64,000 nucleotides of DNA from positions 1 through 64,000 of the IMG/VR virus record IMGVR_UViG_3300021400_000049, one strand, 5' to 3'. The notes under the pieces are model-generated. The model saw nothing but the letters and a program-made list of their open reading frames with translations, was not told the DNA's origin and made no database searches. Shown here in pieces: positions 51,009-60,203 of this stretch. The first letter of the stretch is position 1; each line of letters starts with the position of its first letter. This DNA comes from a virus (lineage: Duplodnaviria; Caudoviricetes). The translations under genes and the position numbers were made by a program.

Positions 51009-51112
51009 TAGGCCCATCAACTCTTTGCCCATATTCCCATAGAGGCCCATTGTCTATTAGGCCCATTCCTCTATAGGCCCTTTGCTGACGTAGGCCATTG
51101 AAGCCCCTGGCC
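51009..51112. repeat. AGGCCC(AT) repeat tract
   Basis: About six AGGCC(C) copies plus related GCCC units in about 100 nt. Confidence 0.55.
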
Positions 51113-51246
51113 ACACACAGGTGGTGTGGTGGTATGTGAGCTTCGCTCACAGAGGATCTGCTTGCACACAATGTAATAGAATAAAGTGTTATTGTTTACA
51201 ATTAAATAATAAACAATGTTGTTGTTTACATTTTTTAAAATTGTAC

Positions 51247-51275
51247 TTGTAAACAATAACAACTTATGATAATAT
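51247..51275 (+). promoter_or_regulatory. sigma70-type promoter with TTGTAAAC/GTTTACA boxes upstream
   Basis: TTGTAA-N17-TAATAT with TG extension; AT-rich UP-like region. Confidence 0.6.
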
Positions 51276-51398
51276 GATATTGAGCTTCAATAAAGCGTGA
51301 GCTTTGAAGCGTGTTCTATCTGTACTTTAACAAACATAGTTAGCTACTAACTATCATATGGAAACGTAAACACACTATATCGAAACGAGGTAACGAAA

Positions 51399-52016
51399 AT
51401 GGAAAAAACAACTATTCTCAGTAACTACAAACTCGCACAAGCTACTTTTGACAACACTAATAAGCGTGTTGCGATGACTGACAAGGAGCTTGCAACGCTT
51501 AGAGCGATATGCAAAACTAAGACTTTCGGTCTTGTATCGTTAATTGACGATATAGACAACATTGCAACGTTCAATGGCGATTATGATTGCAAGCTTGCTC
51601 AGAGCGGTAACGCAAAAGAGCACACACTCGTGTCTATATGGAGTCGTAACGCTATTAAACACGTTACTAAAAAGAGTGACTATAGAGACTTTGGTGTACG
51701 TTTTCACGTTGATAAGCTTGCTCAGCTTTACAAAAATAAAGACTTTGCAAAGCTGATAGAAAATAGCAACGTGCAAGTGTATTCTCACAGAGACGGTCTT
51801 GAAATAAGATTTACGTTTAAGTCACTTGCTGACTGTCTCAAGTTTGTTGCTGATATAGACAACGCAACAAAAGAGACTCAAAGCAAGACTCAGACTCAAA
51901 AAGAGACAAAGTCTCAGAGCAAAGCAAAAGAGCAAAGCAAGACTCAGAGCAAAGCAAAAGAGACAAAGTCTCAGAGTAAAAGCAAGACTCTAAAAGAGAC
52001 TCAGAAAAAAGCGTAA
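51399..52016 (+). CDS. Proline-free 205-aa protein with basic QSK/KET low-complexity tail (putative immediate-early regulator)
   Basis: GAGG RBS; ORF has no CC dinucleotide; function inferred only. Confidence 0.75.
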   Translation: MEKTTILSNYKLAQATFDNTNKRVAMTDKELATLRAICKTKTFGLVSLIDDIDNIATFNGDYDCKLAQSGNAKEHTLVSIWSRNAIKHVTKKSDYRDFGVRFHVDKLAQLYKNKDFAKLIENSNVQVYSHRDGLEIRFTFKSLADCLKFVADIDNATKETQSKTQTQKETKSQSKAKEQSKTQSKAKETKSQSKSKTLKETQKKA

Positions 52017-52088
52017 ATGCTCATGATAGCAACATTTATAGTAGTGATAATATTATTCTTACTCTTACTTGCTTTTATCTTTTGCTGA
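52017..52088 (+). CDS. 23-aa hydrophobic membrane peptide (not in ORF track)
   Basis: ATG abuts previous TAA; MLMIATFIVVIILFLLLLAFIFC. Confidence 0.5.
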   Translation: MLMIATFIVVIILFLLLLAFIFC

Positions 52089-52101
52089 TAGCTTAAACAT
52101 T

Positions 52102-52135
52102 AAAGCACTAGCATTTTTTGCTAGTGCTTTTTTGT
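52102..52135 (+). terminator. Intrinsic terminator
   Basis: AAAGCACTAGC/GCTAGTGCTTT plus T tract. Confidence 0.8.
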
Positions 52136-52202
52136 TTGCATTAAAGCGTTACATACCACCCAGCATCTTTGTTAGCATATGCTAACACGATTGCTGAGTG
52201 AG

Positions 52203-52410
52203 GGGTCTTGCTCCCGTAGGTCAGCATTTTTTATAATGACCGTGTCTCACTTATAAAGCCCGTGGTCTTTCTCCCACAGGAGGCTGCTTTTTATAAAGAC
52301 CGTGTCACTTAGGTTTTATTTATAATGACCGTGCCACTCAGATTATTCTTTCCAGTAAGAGGCTTTCTGTCTAAAATACCTGGCCACATATAATCTAAAG
52401 ACCGTGAAAC
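52203..52410. repeat. TTATAAWGACCGTG direct repeats (candidate pac/terminase-binding site)
   Basis: Copies at 52231, 52251, 52291, 52320, 52395 (partial); two longer units spaced 60 bp. Confidence 0.6.
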
Positions 52411-52488
52411 ACTCAGCATCGGTCCAGGAACTTGCTACTGATTACATTTTAGTGTTATAGTATGTTTACAATAATAAGGAGAATAACT

Positions 52489-52857
52489 ATGTCACCAACA
52501 CCAATAACGATAGCTAGGACAATAGCAAATGCGCTGAACATGATATATGGCACACATATAGTAATAAATACGTCACAGTTCTTTGGCGGCGAAGGTAAAT
52601 TAGTACGAATGTATGTCATTAAAGACGCATTTTATTATGGCGGTAAAAGTGAGTATTCAGATAAAGAGCTATTCAAGACCGCCAGCGGAGTGTATGCGTG
52701 TTTGTACATGAGGGATATGCTTAATGCCTTCAAGGGAGAAGAGATTAAGGAGGATAATCAAGGTTATCTTAATGTTTTAGCTAAGAAGAATGGCAGAGCT
52801 AATATAGATTACATGGTGAAAACTTATTTAGGAGGAAAGGAAAATGGCAACGATTAA
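52489..52857 (+). CDS. Hypothetical protein upstream of terminase
   Basis: AAGGAG RBS; TGTTATAGT promoter upstream. Confidence 0.6.
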   Translation: MSPTPITIARTIANALNMIYGTHIVINTSQFFGGEGKLVRMYVIKDAFYYGGKSEYSDKELFKTASGVYACLYMRDMLNAFKGEEIKEDNQGYLNVLAKKNGRANIDYMVKTYLGGKENGND

Positions 52858-53344
52858 CTCACAGATACCTGAGGATGCTTCGCCCAGAACACTGGATAAA
52901 TTGCTTACAGGAACTTGCATTACTCACGATGGCTCAAGAATCTCACCTAAACAGGATAAGTTTATTAACCTGTATATCAAATACTCTGATCCTGCTCAGG
53001 CTGCGGAAGAAGCAGGATACATGGTTAGGAATACTAGAAAAGACAAGAGAGCCGCATATGCCAGAAAAGGCAAAGAGTTGCTTAGAGATGATGTTATAAG
53101 GAATGAAATTGCGGCTAGAATGGATGATATTAGAGGAGCTGAGATTGCTGACGCTACGGAAGTTCTAGTCTATCTTACAAGGGTTATGAGAGGAGAAGTT
53201 AAAGACCAGTTTGGAATTGACGCTTCGTTGCAGGAAAGAACTGCGGCGGCTAAAGAGCTTAACAGAAGGCTCAGAGAGCTTGAACAGGATAAAGAGATGG
53301 GTGGAACTGGTAAAGAAGTACACCTCATATTGAGGAGAGAGTGA
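52844..53344 (+). CDS. terS: Terminase small subunit
   Basis: KQDKFINLYI...QAAEEAGY, IADATEVLVYLTRVMRGE, RTAAAKEL. Confidence 0.85.
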   Translation: MATINSQIPEDASPRTLDKLLTGTCITHDGSRISPKQDKFINLYIKYSDPAQAAEEAGYMVRNTRKDKRAAYARKGKELLRDDVIRNEIAARMDDIRGAEIADATEVLVYLTRVMRGEVKDQFGIDASLQERTAAAKELNRRLRELEQDKEMGGTGKEVHLILRRE

Positions 53345-53347
53345 TTT

Positions 53348-54655
53348 ATGGGTAGACACAAAAAGGCTAAGGAGAAAAATGGTGAAATTGTTTTGGATGT
53401 TAATGAAGCCATTGCTCCTGTTTATTTTGACGCTATGGATGATATTTTAGACCATAAGCACGTTCATTATGTGTTTAAAGGCGGAAGAGGTTCTGCTAAA
53501 TCTTCTTTTATTTCTGAAATGATACCTCTGGTATTAGTGAATAATCCTAAAGTTCATGCCCTTGTATTCCGAAAGATAGGTAATACTATAAAGAACTCTG
53601 TATGGTCACAGGTAGTATGGGGCATAGATAAATGGGGCCTAAGAGATTACTTTCAGATACCTAAGACTATTGCAAATCCTATAGTGTATAAACCTACAGG
53701 TCAGCAGATATTGTTTATGGGACTTGATGATCCTAACAAAGTTAAGTCTGTAAAGTTGCCTTTTGGATATATAGGAATAACATGGTTTGAAGAGTTAGAC
53801 CAATTTGCAGGTGAGAAGGAAATTCGTAAAGTATTACAGTCTACAATGAGAGGTGGATTATTATTTTGGGATTTTCGTTCATTTAACCCACCTATATCTA
53901 ATCTAAACTGGGCTAATCAGTATGCTACAGATGCACTCAGTAGAGAGAACACACTGGTAACCTCGACAAATTACATTGATATACCTGAAGAATGGCTTGG
54001 ACAAGCGTTTATAGATGAAGCTGAGGACTTGAAAGAGACAAATCCACGAGCTTATGAGCATGAGTATTTAGGTATACCTGTTGGTACAGGCGGTAATGTC
54101 TTTGAAAATGTTGAGCCTATGTACATGAATGATGATTTTATACTTGGCTTTGAAAGATGGTTAAGAGGAGTCGATTGGGGATGGTTCCCAGACCCATTTG
54201 CTTTCACATTATCTCACTTTGAGCCATCTACAAGAACTTTGTATATATTTGGTGAGTTTAGGTGTAACAAGTTATCTAATAGAGACACTTTCGATAAGGT
54301 GTTTAACGAATTACAAATTGCTGGAAGACCACTTGCATCTCCTGATGATATTATAATCTGTGATAGTGCTGAACCTAAGTCTATTTCTGACTGGAAGAGC
54401 TACGGAGCATATGGTGCTAGACCTGCTAAGAAGGAGCCTGACAGTGTTACTTACTCTATGAAGTGGCTACAGTCACTAAAGCATATTTATATTGATCCTA
54501 AGAGATGCCCAGCTACATACAAAGAATTTATCGAATATGAGTATGATAGGGATAAAGAAGATGAAGTTATCAGTGGTTATCCTGATAAAGATAACCACTC
54601 CATCGACTCTGTGCGTTATGCTACTTCCAAGTATTGGGTAAGAAGAGGACAGTAA
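53348..54655 (+). CDS. terL: Terminase large subunit (PBSX-like)
   Basis: GGRGSAKS, WFEE, SFNPP, GVDWG, CDSAEPKSI, HSIDSVRY. Confidence 0.95.
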   Translation: MGRHKKAKEKNGEIVLDVNEAIAPVYFDAMDDILDHKHVHYVFKGGRGSAKSSFISEMIPLVLVNNPKVHALVFRKIGNTIKNSVWSQVVWGIDKWGLRDYFQIPKTIANPIVYKPTGQQILFMGLDDPNKVKSVKLPFGYIGITWFEELDQFAGEKEIRKVLQSTMRGGLLFWDFRSFNPPISNLNWANQYATDALSRENTLVTSTNYIDIPEEWLGQAFIDEAEDLKETNPRAYEHEYLGIPVGTGGNVFENVEPMYMNDDFILGFERWLRGVDWGWFPDPFAFTLSHFEPSTRTLYIFGEFRCNKLSNRDTFDKVFNELQIAGRPLASPDDIIICDSAEPKSISDWKSYGAYGARPAKKEPDSVTYSMKWLQSLKHIYIDPKRCPATYKEFIEYEYDRDKEDEVISGYPDKDNHSIDSVRYATSKYWVRRGQ

Positions 54656-54720
54656 TTGAATACACAGCCACTGAATGTTATACTACATATAATGAAGGTC
54701 ATTTGTAGAGGAGAACAGAA

Positions 54721-56517
54721 ATGAGCTTATGGGATAAATTGAAAGGAGCAATAAAGTCTATGTTTGGGCGTGATGTTGTTGAAAAAGTGCTATCTGTGAA
54801 GTCGGCAGTATCTGACGATATGGTGAATAGTATTCAACTCTGGTCAGCTATGTATGAAGGAAGAGCCCCGTGGCTAAAAGAGGCTACTCCAGGTAGTCCT
54901 GAGAGAGTAGTATCACTTGGTCTACCAGCTCTTATAGCTAGTGAGAAAGCAAGAATGGTTACATTAGAGATGGAGAGTGAAATTACTCCACCTATGAAGG
55001 ATGTAGAGAAAGAGAACCCCGATTATCAGCCACCTGGTATTGATGCTGATGGTAATCCTACAATGGGACAGGGTGCTATGATGATTACAGAGCCTGAGCC
55101 AGATGGTCCTGTAGAGAGGGCTAACTTTTTGAATGATTCTTATAAGAAGTTGCTCAAACAGATAAGAAGACAGTTGGAATATGGTATAGCTAAGGGTGGA
55201 TTAGTTATTAAGCCATATATTGTGATGTATGATGAAGGTTCACCTACTATTGAAGATAAGACGAAAGAAGAAAGTGAGCGACTATCTTCTGAAAAGCCTT
55301 TGCCTAAGTATGAGTTTAATTTTGACTTTGTACAGGCTGACAGATTCTATCCTCTTTCTTTTGATAACAACGGAAAAATAACTGAGGCAGCCTTCTTACA
55401 GACAAAGACTGATAACGATAAAGTGTATACAAGAGTAGAGTATCATAAGCTGGAAGGTAGAACGATTACAGTCAAAAACTATGCTTTTGTATCTCACAAT
55501 AATACAGGAATAAACAGAATCTTTGTTCCTACAACTGTTAGTGATTTAGGTAAGCCTTGTGCATTAGCGGAAGTTTCTGAGTGGGCTAATCTTGAAGAAG
55601 AAGTAACTATTAAGAATGTTGATAGGCCTCTGTTTGCATATTTTAAAATGCCTGAAGCTAATACTATTGATCCATACTCACCTCTTGGAGTATCAGGATA
55701 TAGTAGAGTTGTTTCCCTCATTAAAGATGCTGATGAACAGTATTCAAGAATGTTGTGGGAATTTGAAGGCGGAGAGCTTGCTATTGATGTAGACCGAGAT
55801 GCCTTGAAGATTACAGAGTATCAGAATAGACAACATCAGACAGAGATGCCGGCTAAACAGGAAAGATTGTTCAGAAAGGTAGACCTGAATAGTGAGGAAA
55901 CATATAATGTATTTGCTCCTGCGTTAAGAGACCAGTCACTTGCTAATGGACTCAATATCATTCTCACAAGAATAGAGGATATTGTAGGCTTTAGTAGAGG
56001 TACAATATCAGAAGATGTGGGCAACATTGAAAAGACTGCAACCGAGCTAAAAATCAATAAACAGAGGAGCTATTCTACTAATGCTGATATACAGGCAGCC
56101 CTTGAAGATGCTTTAAGAGATGCAGTTTACGCTATGGATGTGTATTGTACACTCTATCAAGTAACACCTCCTGGTGAGTATCAGATTTCATTTGAGTGGG
56201 ATGATTCTATCATTGTTGATACAGAAGCAGAGCTGAATACAAGAATGTCCATGATAAATGCAGGCATTACATCTAAGCTAGAGACTAGAATGTGGTACTT
56301 CGGTGAAACAGAGAATCAGGCTAAAGCCGCATTACAGAAAGTTGATGATGAGAAGAAGCAGAGTATGGAAACAAATATTCAGGCTCAAGCTCAGTTAGGT
56401 GATGTTGCTCAAGGTAAAGATTTCTCAGGAAATAATAACAATCCTGAGCCAGATGCAGAAAAGAAGGATGTTACTAAACACAACACATCAAATAAGAATG
56501 CGGTAGCTAAAAACTAG
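54721..56517 (+). CDS. Portal protein (A118/SPP1-like)
   Basis: 598 aa after terL; PLGVSGYS, TATELK, WDDSIIVD. Confidence 0.85.
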   Translation: MSLWDKLKGAIKSMFGRDVVEKVLSVKSAVSDDMVNSIQLWSAMYEGRAPWLKEATPGSPERVVSLGLPALIASEKARMVTLEMESEITPPMKDVEKENPDYQPPGIDADGNPTMGQGAMMITEPEPDGPVERANFLNDSYKKLLKQIRRQLEYGIAKGGLVIKPYIVMYDEGSPTIEDKTKEESERLSSEKPLPKYEFNFDFVQADRFYPLSFDNNGKITEAAFLQTKTDNDKVYTRVEYHKLEGRTITVKNYAFVSHNNTGINRIFVPTTVSDLGKPCALAEVSEWANLEEEVTIKNVDRPLFAYFKMPEANTIDPYSPLGVSGYSRVVSLIKDADEQYSRMLWEFEGGELAIDVDRDALKITEYQNRQHQTEMPAKQERLFRKVDLNSEETYNVFAPALRDQSLANGLNIILTRIEDIVGFSRGTISEDVGNIEKTATELKINKQRSYSTNADIQAALEDALRDAVYAMDVYCTLYQVTPPGEYQISFEWDDSIIVDTEAELNTRMSMINAGITSKLETRMWYFGETENQAKAALQKVDDEKKQSMETNIQAQAQLGDVAQGKDFSGNNNNPEPDAEKKDVTKHNTSNKNAVAKN

Positions 56518-56557
56518 CCCGCTTAATGTTTACATATACGAAAATGTGTTCTATAAT

Positions 56558-56720
56558 GAATGTGGGTGAGATGTTGACTCGGTCGCATTTTCCCCTCCTA
56601 GGGCCCAGAGGAGTTTTCCTCTGGGTTGAGGTAATAACTCGATATGAGATTATTATAAATTCGTCAATGCGGTGCGACATTTAACCACCCGCACATTCCA
56701 GCGTAGAGCGTGACTACGCA
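56558..56720 (+). ncRNA. Structured RNA between portal and scaffold genes
   Basis: Promoter TTTACA-N17-TATAAT (56529-56557); nested stems GAATGTG/CACATTC, TTGAC/GTCAA, GTCGCA/TGCGAC, CCCAGAGG/CCTCTGGG. Confidence 0.55.
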
Positions 56721-56762
56721 CTTACAAATTAAACGGATATAAGAATGTAGAAGGAGAAAAGT

Positions 56763-57434
56763 ATGTTACTAAAGGAAATTTTTGACAAGGCAACATCTGA
56801 AAACGGCGCTCTTACATTGGAGGAGTTTGAGCGTATTGCTAAGGAAAACAAAGCAAAATTCACAGATTTATCTGAAGGTAAATATGTGGATCGACAGAAG
56901 TATGAGGATGACCTTGCTAAGAAGGACACAGAGATTACATCTCTGAATGACACAATCACTAGCAGAAACGCAGACCTCGAGCAGTTAAAAACTCAGCTCA
57001 AAGATGCTGGTAGTGATGCCGGAAAGTTAGAGGAGCTTAATAGCAATCTAACCGCTTTACAGGCTAAGTATGATGCTGACACCGCAGCCCTTCAAACTAA
57101 GCTATCAACACAGGCCTATGAGTTTGCAGTTCGTGATTATGCAGGTAAACAGAAATTCTCTAGTGAGGCCGCTAGAAGGGACTTCACACGCTCAATGATA
57201 GACAAAAAGCTCCCTATGGAAGATGGAGCTATCATGGGAGCAGATGATTATATGAAGGCATATGCTAAAGCAAACGCTGATGCATTTATTCAGAAAGAAT
57301 CAGCTCCTAAAGCACCTGCTCCTGAGTTTGTAGGCTCAGCTACAGGTGGTAAAGATAAAGCTACAAAAATGTCATTATCAGAGATGATGGCAAAGAAGAA
57401 TGAAGATCCAAATTTTGTTATAAGTTTTGACTAA
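56763..57434 (+). CDS. Capsid scaffolding protein
   Basis: GKYVDRQKY, coiled coil, position before MCP. Confidence 0.8.
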   Translation: MLLKEIFDKATSENGALTLEEFERIAKENKAKFTDLSEGKYVDRQKYEDDLAKKDTEITSLNDTITSRNADLEQLKTQLKDAGSDAGKLEELNSNLTALQAKYDADTAALQTKLSTQAYEFAVRDYAGKQKFSSEAARRDFTRSMIDKKLPMEDGAIMGADDYMKAYAKANADAFIQKESAPKAPAPEFVGSATGGKDKATKMSLSEMMAKKNEDPNFVISFD

Positions 57435-57453
57435 TTGAAAGGAGAAAAATATT

Positions 57454-58521
57454 ATGCCATTTTTTGATGCGAAATTATTTAATGGTGAAGTATTTCAGAA
57501 ATATGTAGATAGAATTCCTAATATGCATCTGAATACACTTATTAAGTCTGGAGCAATCGTTGGCAGACCTGAGCTTGCGGCTTCAATGTCTGACCAGGTT
57601 GGTGGTAACTACTTGACCACACCTCTTAAGGGTCTCATCGGTGGAACACCTCTGAACTATGATGGTGTTACAAACATCACATCTACAGGAACACAGACTT
57701 ATTCACATTCCAGAGTTGTTGTAGGACGTGCTAAAGCATGGACAGAAAAGGATTTCTCTTACGACATCACTGGCGGAGTAGACTTCATGCAGAATGTCGC
57801 TGAACAGGTTGCTGAGTATTGGGATGAGCAGGATCAGGCACTTCTTATCAAGATTCTTGATGGTGTGTTCGCTATGTCAGACGATGCAGGAGCTGAGTTT
57901 GTAGAGGAGCATACACATGATGTATCTGGTGTTACAAACAGTGAGGGTGTTCTTGGTTACATGGATGCAACCACACTTAACACTGGTATGCAGAAGGCTA
58001 TGGGAGACCATAAGCAGAAGTTCGCTCTTACACTTATGCATTCCGCAGTAGCTACACATCTTGAGAACTTGAAGGTACTTGTTTACCTCAAGTACAACGA
58101 TGCTAACGGTATGGAGAGAGACCTTAACATCGGTACTCTTAACGGACGTATGGTTATCGTTGATGATGATATGCCTGTTATCACAGAAGGATCTGGCACA
58201 TCAGCAGTTAAGAAGTATGTTACTTATGTATTCGGTCAGGGTGCAGTTGAGTACACTAACTGCGGTGCTAAGGTTCCTGCTGAGATGGCAAGAGATCCTT
58301 ATAAGAACGGCGGTGAGGATACACTCATCACAAGAAATAGAAAGTGCTTTGCTCCTTATGGAATTTCCTTCAAGGGCATCGGCGACATCGCAACACTTTC
58401 TCCTACAGACGCAGAGCTTGCAACTGGCGCTAACTGGGAGATTGTAAATACAGGCGGATCATCTAAGATGTATCTTCCTCACAAGGCTATTCCTATTGCC
58501 AGAGTAATTTCACTCGGCTAA
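57454..58521 (+). CDS. Major capsid protein
   Basis: 355 aa; FNGEVF, GRAKAW.EKDF, TLNGR.VIVDD, APYGISF. Confidence 0.9.
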   Translation: MPFFDAKLFNGEVFQKYVDRIPNMHLNTLIKSGAIVGRPELAASMSDQVGGNYLTTPLKGLIGGTPLNYDGVTNITSTGTQTYSHSRVVVGRAKAWTEKDFSYDITGGVDFMQNVAEQVAEYWDEQDQALLIKILDGVFAMSDDAGAEFVEEHTHDVSGVTNSEGVLGYMDATTLNTGMQKAMGDHKQKFALTLMHSAVATHLENLKVLVYLKYNDANGMERDLNIGTLNGRMVIVDDDMPVITEGSGTSAVKKYVTYVFGQGAVEYTNCGAKVPAEMARDPYKNGGEDTLITRNRKCFAPYGISFKGIGDIATLSPTDAELATGANWEIVNTGGSSKMYLPHKAIPIARVISLG

Positions 58522-58570
58522 TAACAGCGGGTTCCTCCTCTGTTTAAATCTAAGAAAGGCGGTCAAGTCT

Positions 58571-59017
58571 ATGTATCTAACATTTGAAGAATATTCTGAA
58601 TATGGTGGGACACTAGATGAGACCGCCTTTAATGATTTAGAATTTGATGCAGAAAGCACAATAAACTGGTATACATTTAACCGACTCAAAAGACCAGAGT
58701 GGGCAGAAGCATTAAATACAGAGGAGTTAAAACGTTGTGTATATCAGCTTATACGTCTGAAACAGATGGAAGATGCACTCCTTACATCAAGCGTAGGTGG
58801 TGTAGGTGCAGGAGTTGGATGGACAAAAGAAGCTGGAATAACACAGGAGTCTAATGACGGAGTGTCTACGAGCTACAACACTTTAAGTAGTGGTGAACTC
58901 ATGGCATTTCTTAACGGCTCTAAAACAAAGAAAGACCTCATTGACCAGTATCTTAATAGCATAGTCAATGATTTAGGAAGAAAACTTCTCTATAGGGGAG
59001 TTTATCCGGGAGAGTAA
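58571..59017 (+). CDS. Head-tail connector (adaptor)
   Basis: MYLTFEEYSEYGG, ESNDGVSTSY, LLYRGV. Confidence 0.8.
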   Translation: MYLTFEEYSEYGGTLDETAFNDLEFDAESTINWYTFNRLKRPEWAEALNTEELKRCVYQLIRLKQMEDALLTSSVGGVGAGVGWTKEAGITQESNDGVSTSYNTLSSGELMAFLNGSKTKKDLIDQYLNSIVNDLGRKLLYRGVYPGE

Positions 59018-59018
59018 T

Positions 59019-59336
59019 ATGGTAGGATATATCTTTAGGGCTGAAAATACAGTCACTAAGAAAACTTATATTGGAAAATATCTATCTGTTGCATTTAACA
59101 AGAAGTATATAGGAGACAATCCTAACGTCCTTTCTGACGCTGAAAAGTATGGTGCAGACAAGTTTATAGTCAATATGATAAAGGCTTGTGAAACAGTCAA
59201 GGAATGCGATTTTGCATATGATGTTATACTTAAAGAACTTGGTGCAAAGACTGATGAGAAGTTTTATAACTTTGAGATAAAATCAGAAGAAGCACCAGCA
59301 AAGAGAACCAGAAAGAAGAAAGTGGTAGAAGAATGA
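59019..59336 (+). CDS. Degenerate GIY-YIG-like domain protein
   Basis: GYIFRAENTVTKKTYIG...KYG..KF; nuclease domain only. Confidence 0.55.
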   Translation: MVGYIFRAENTVTKKTYIGKYLSVAFNKKYIGDNPNVLSDAEKYGADKFIVNMIKACETVKECDFAYDVILKELGAKTDEKFYNFEIKSEEAPAKRTRKKKVVEE

Positions 59337-59779
59337 ACCATTACAGTCAATGGTGGGATGATACAATCACACTCTATAACAAATACATAGAGCCTACTAC
59401 TAAGAAGGTAAAATGGTATCGTCATGTTATTGATGGTTGTTTTTATAAGCATACTGTAGAAAAACTGACAGTAGGTAAAACCACTATTGATACTAATGTT
59501 TCTATATGTCGTATCCGTGTCTCTGATAAGTTTATAGATAAGAAGTCTTGGATGAAGCTGGATGATAGTGAAAGGGCTGAAAAATTCACACTATCTGGTG
59601 GTGATATTGTTGTTGCTGATGAGACTGATTTTATTATAGACGAGTATGTATCTGGCATGAGGTCAGCAGACCTCATAAAAGAGAATAAAGAGTGGCCCGG
59701 TTGCTTTACAGTAGAGACTGTAAATATAAACGTTGGCGGTGGTAGAGGTGATGAGCATTATCATCTAAGAGGTACTTGA
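59333..59779 (+). CDS. Head closure / minor capsid protein
   Basis: WDDTITLYNK, LSGGDIVV, HYHLRG; synteny. Confidence 0.7.
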   Translation: MNHYSQWWDDTITLYNKYIEPTTKKVKWYRHVIDGCFYKHTVEKLTVGKTTIDTNVSICRIRVSDKFIDKKSWMKLDDSERAEKFTLSGGDIVVADETDFIIDEYVSGMRSADLIKENKEWPGCFTVETVNINVGGGRGDEHYHLRGT

Positions 59780-59780
59780 T

Positions 59781-60203
59781 ATGGCAAAAGACTTTACAAT
59801 ACACACCAGAATACATACAGAAACATTGGATAGAGCCTTAAATAGAATTTTAAAAGATAAGTATGATAGAGCTATGCTTACTGGAGAAATTCAAGAAGAG
59901 GCTGCAAGGAAATATGCGGAGCAGTTAAATCATTATGTACCTAGTTCTATTCCTGGTGGAGATGGAAATTTAAGAAGTGCATTGGAGTTTCCAAGATATA
60001 AAGGTACAGTTGCAATACATTATGTTGCAGAGAATAAATATGGAGAACACTACGCATCAGCTCAGTTTAATGCTCCTGATTGGTGGAACAGAACTAATGA
60101 GGGAACATTCAGCCATTGGAGTCAGCATATAACTCCAGAAGAAAAAGAAGTAGTTTATAGGCATGTAGCTAAATTGATAGTGGAGGGTATGAATAATGCC
60201 TGA
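59781..60203 (+). CDS. Neck / minor capsid protein
   Basis: HYVP...GNLR, YASAQF; synteny. Confidence 0.6.
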   Translation: MAKDFTIHTRIHTETLDRALNRILKDKYDRAMLTGEIQEEAARKYAEQLNHYVPSSIPGGDGNLRSALEFPRYKGTVAIHYVAENKYGEHYASAQFNAPDWWNRTNEGTFSHWSQHITPEEKEVVYRHVAKLIVEGMNNA

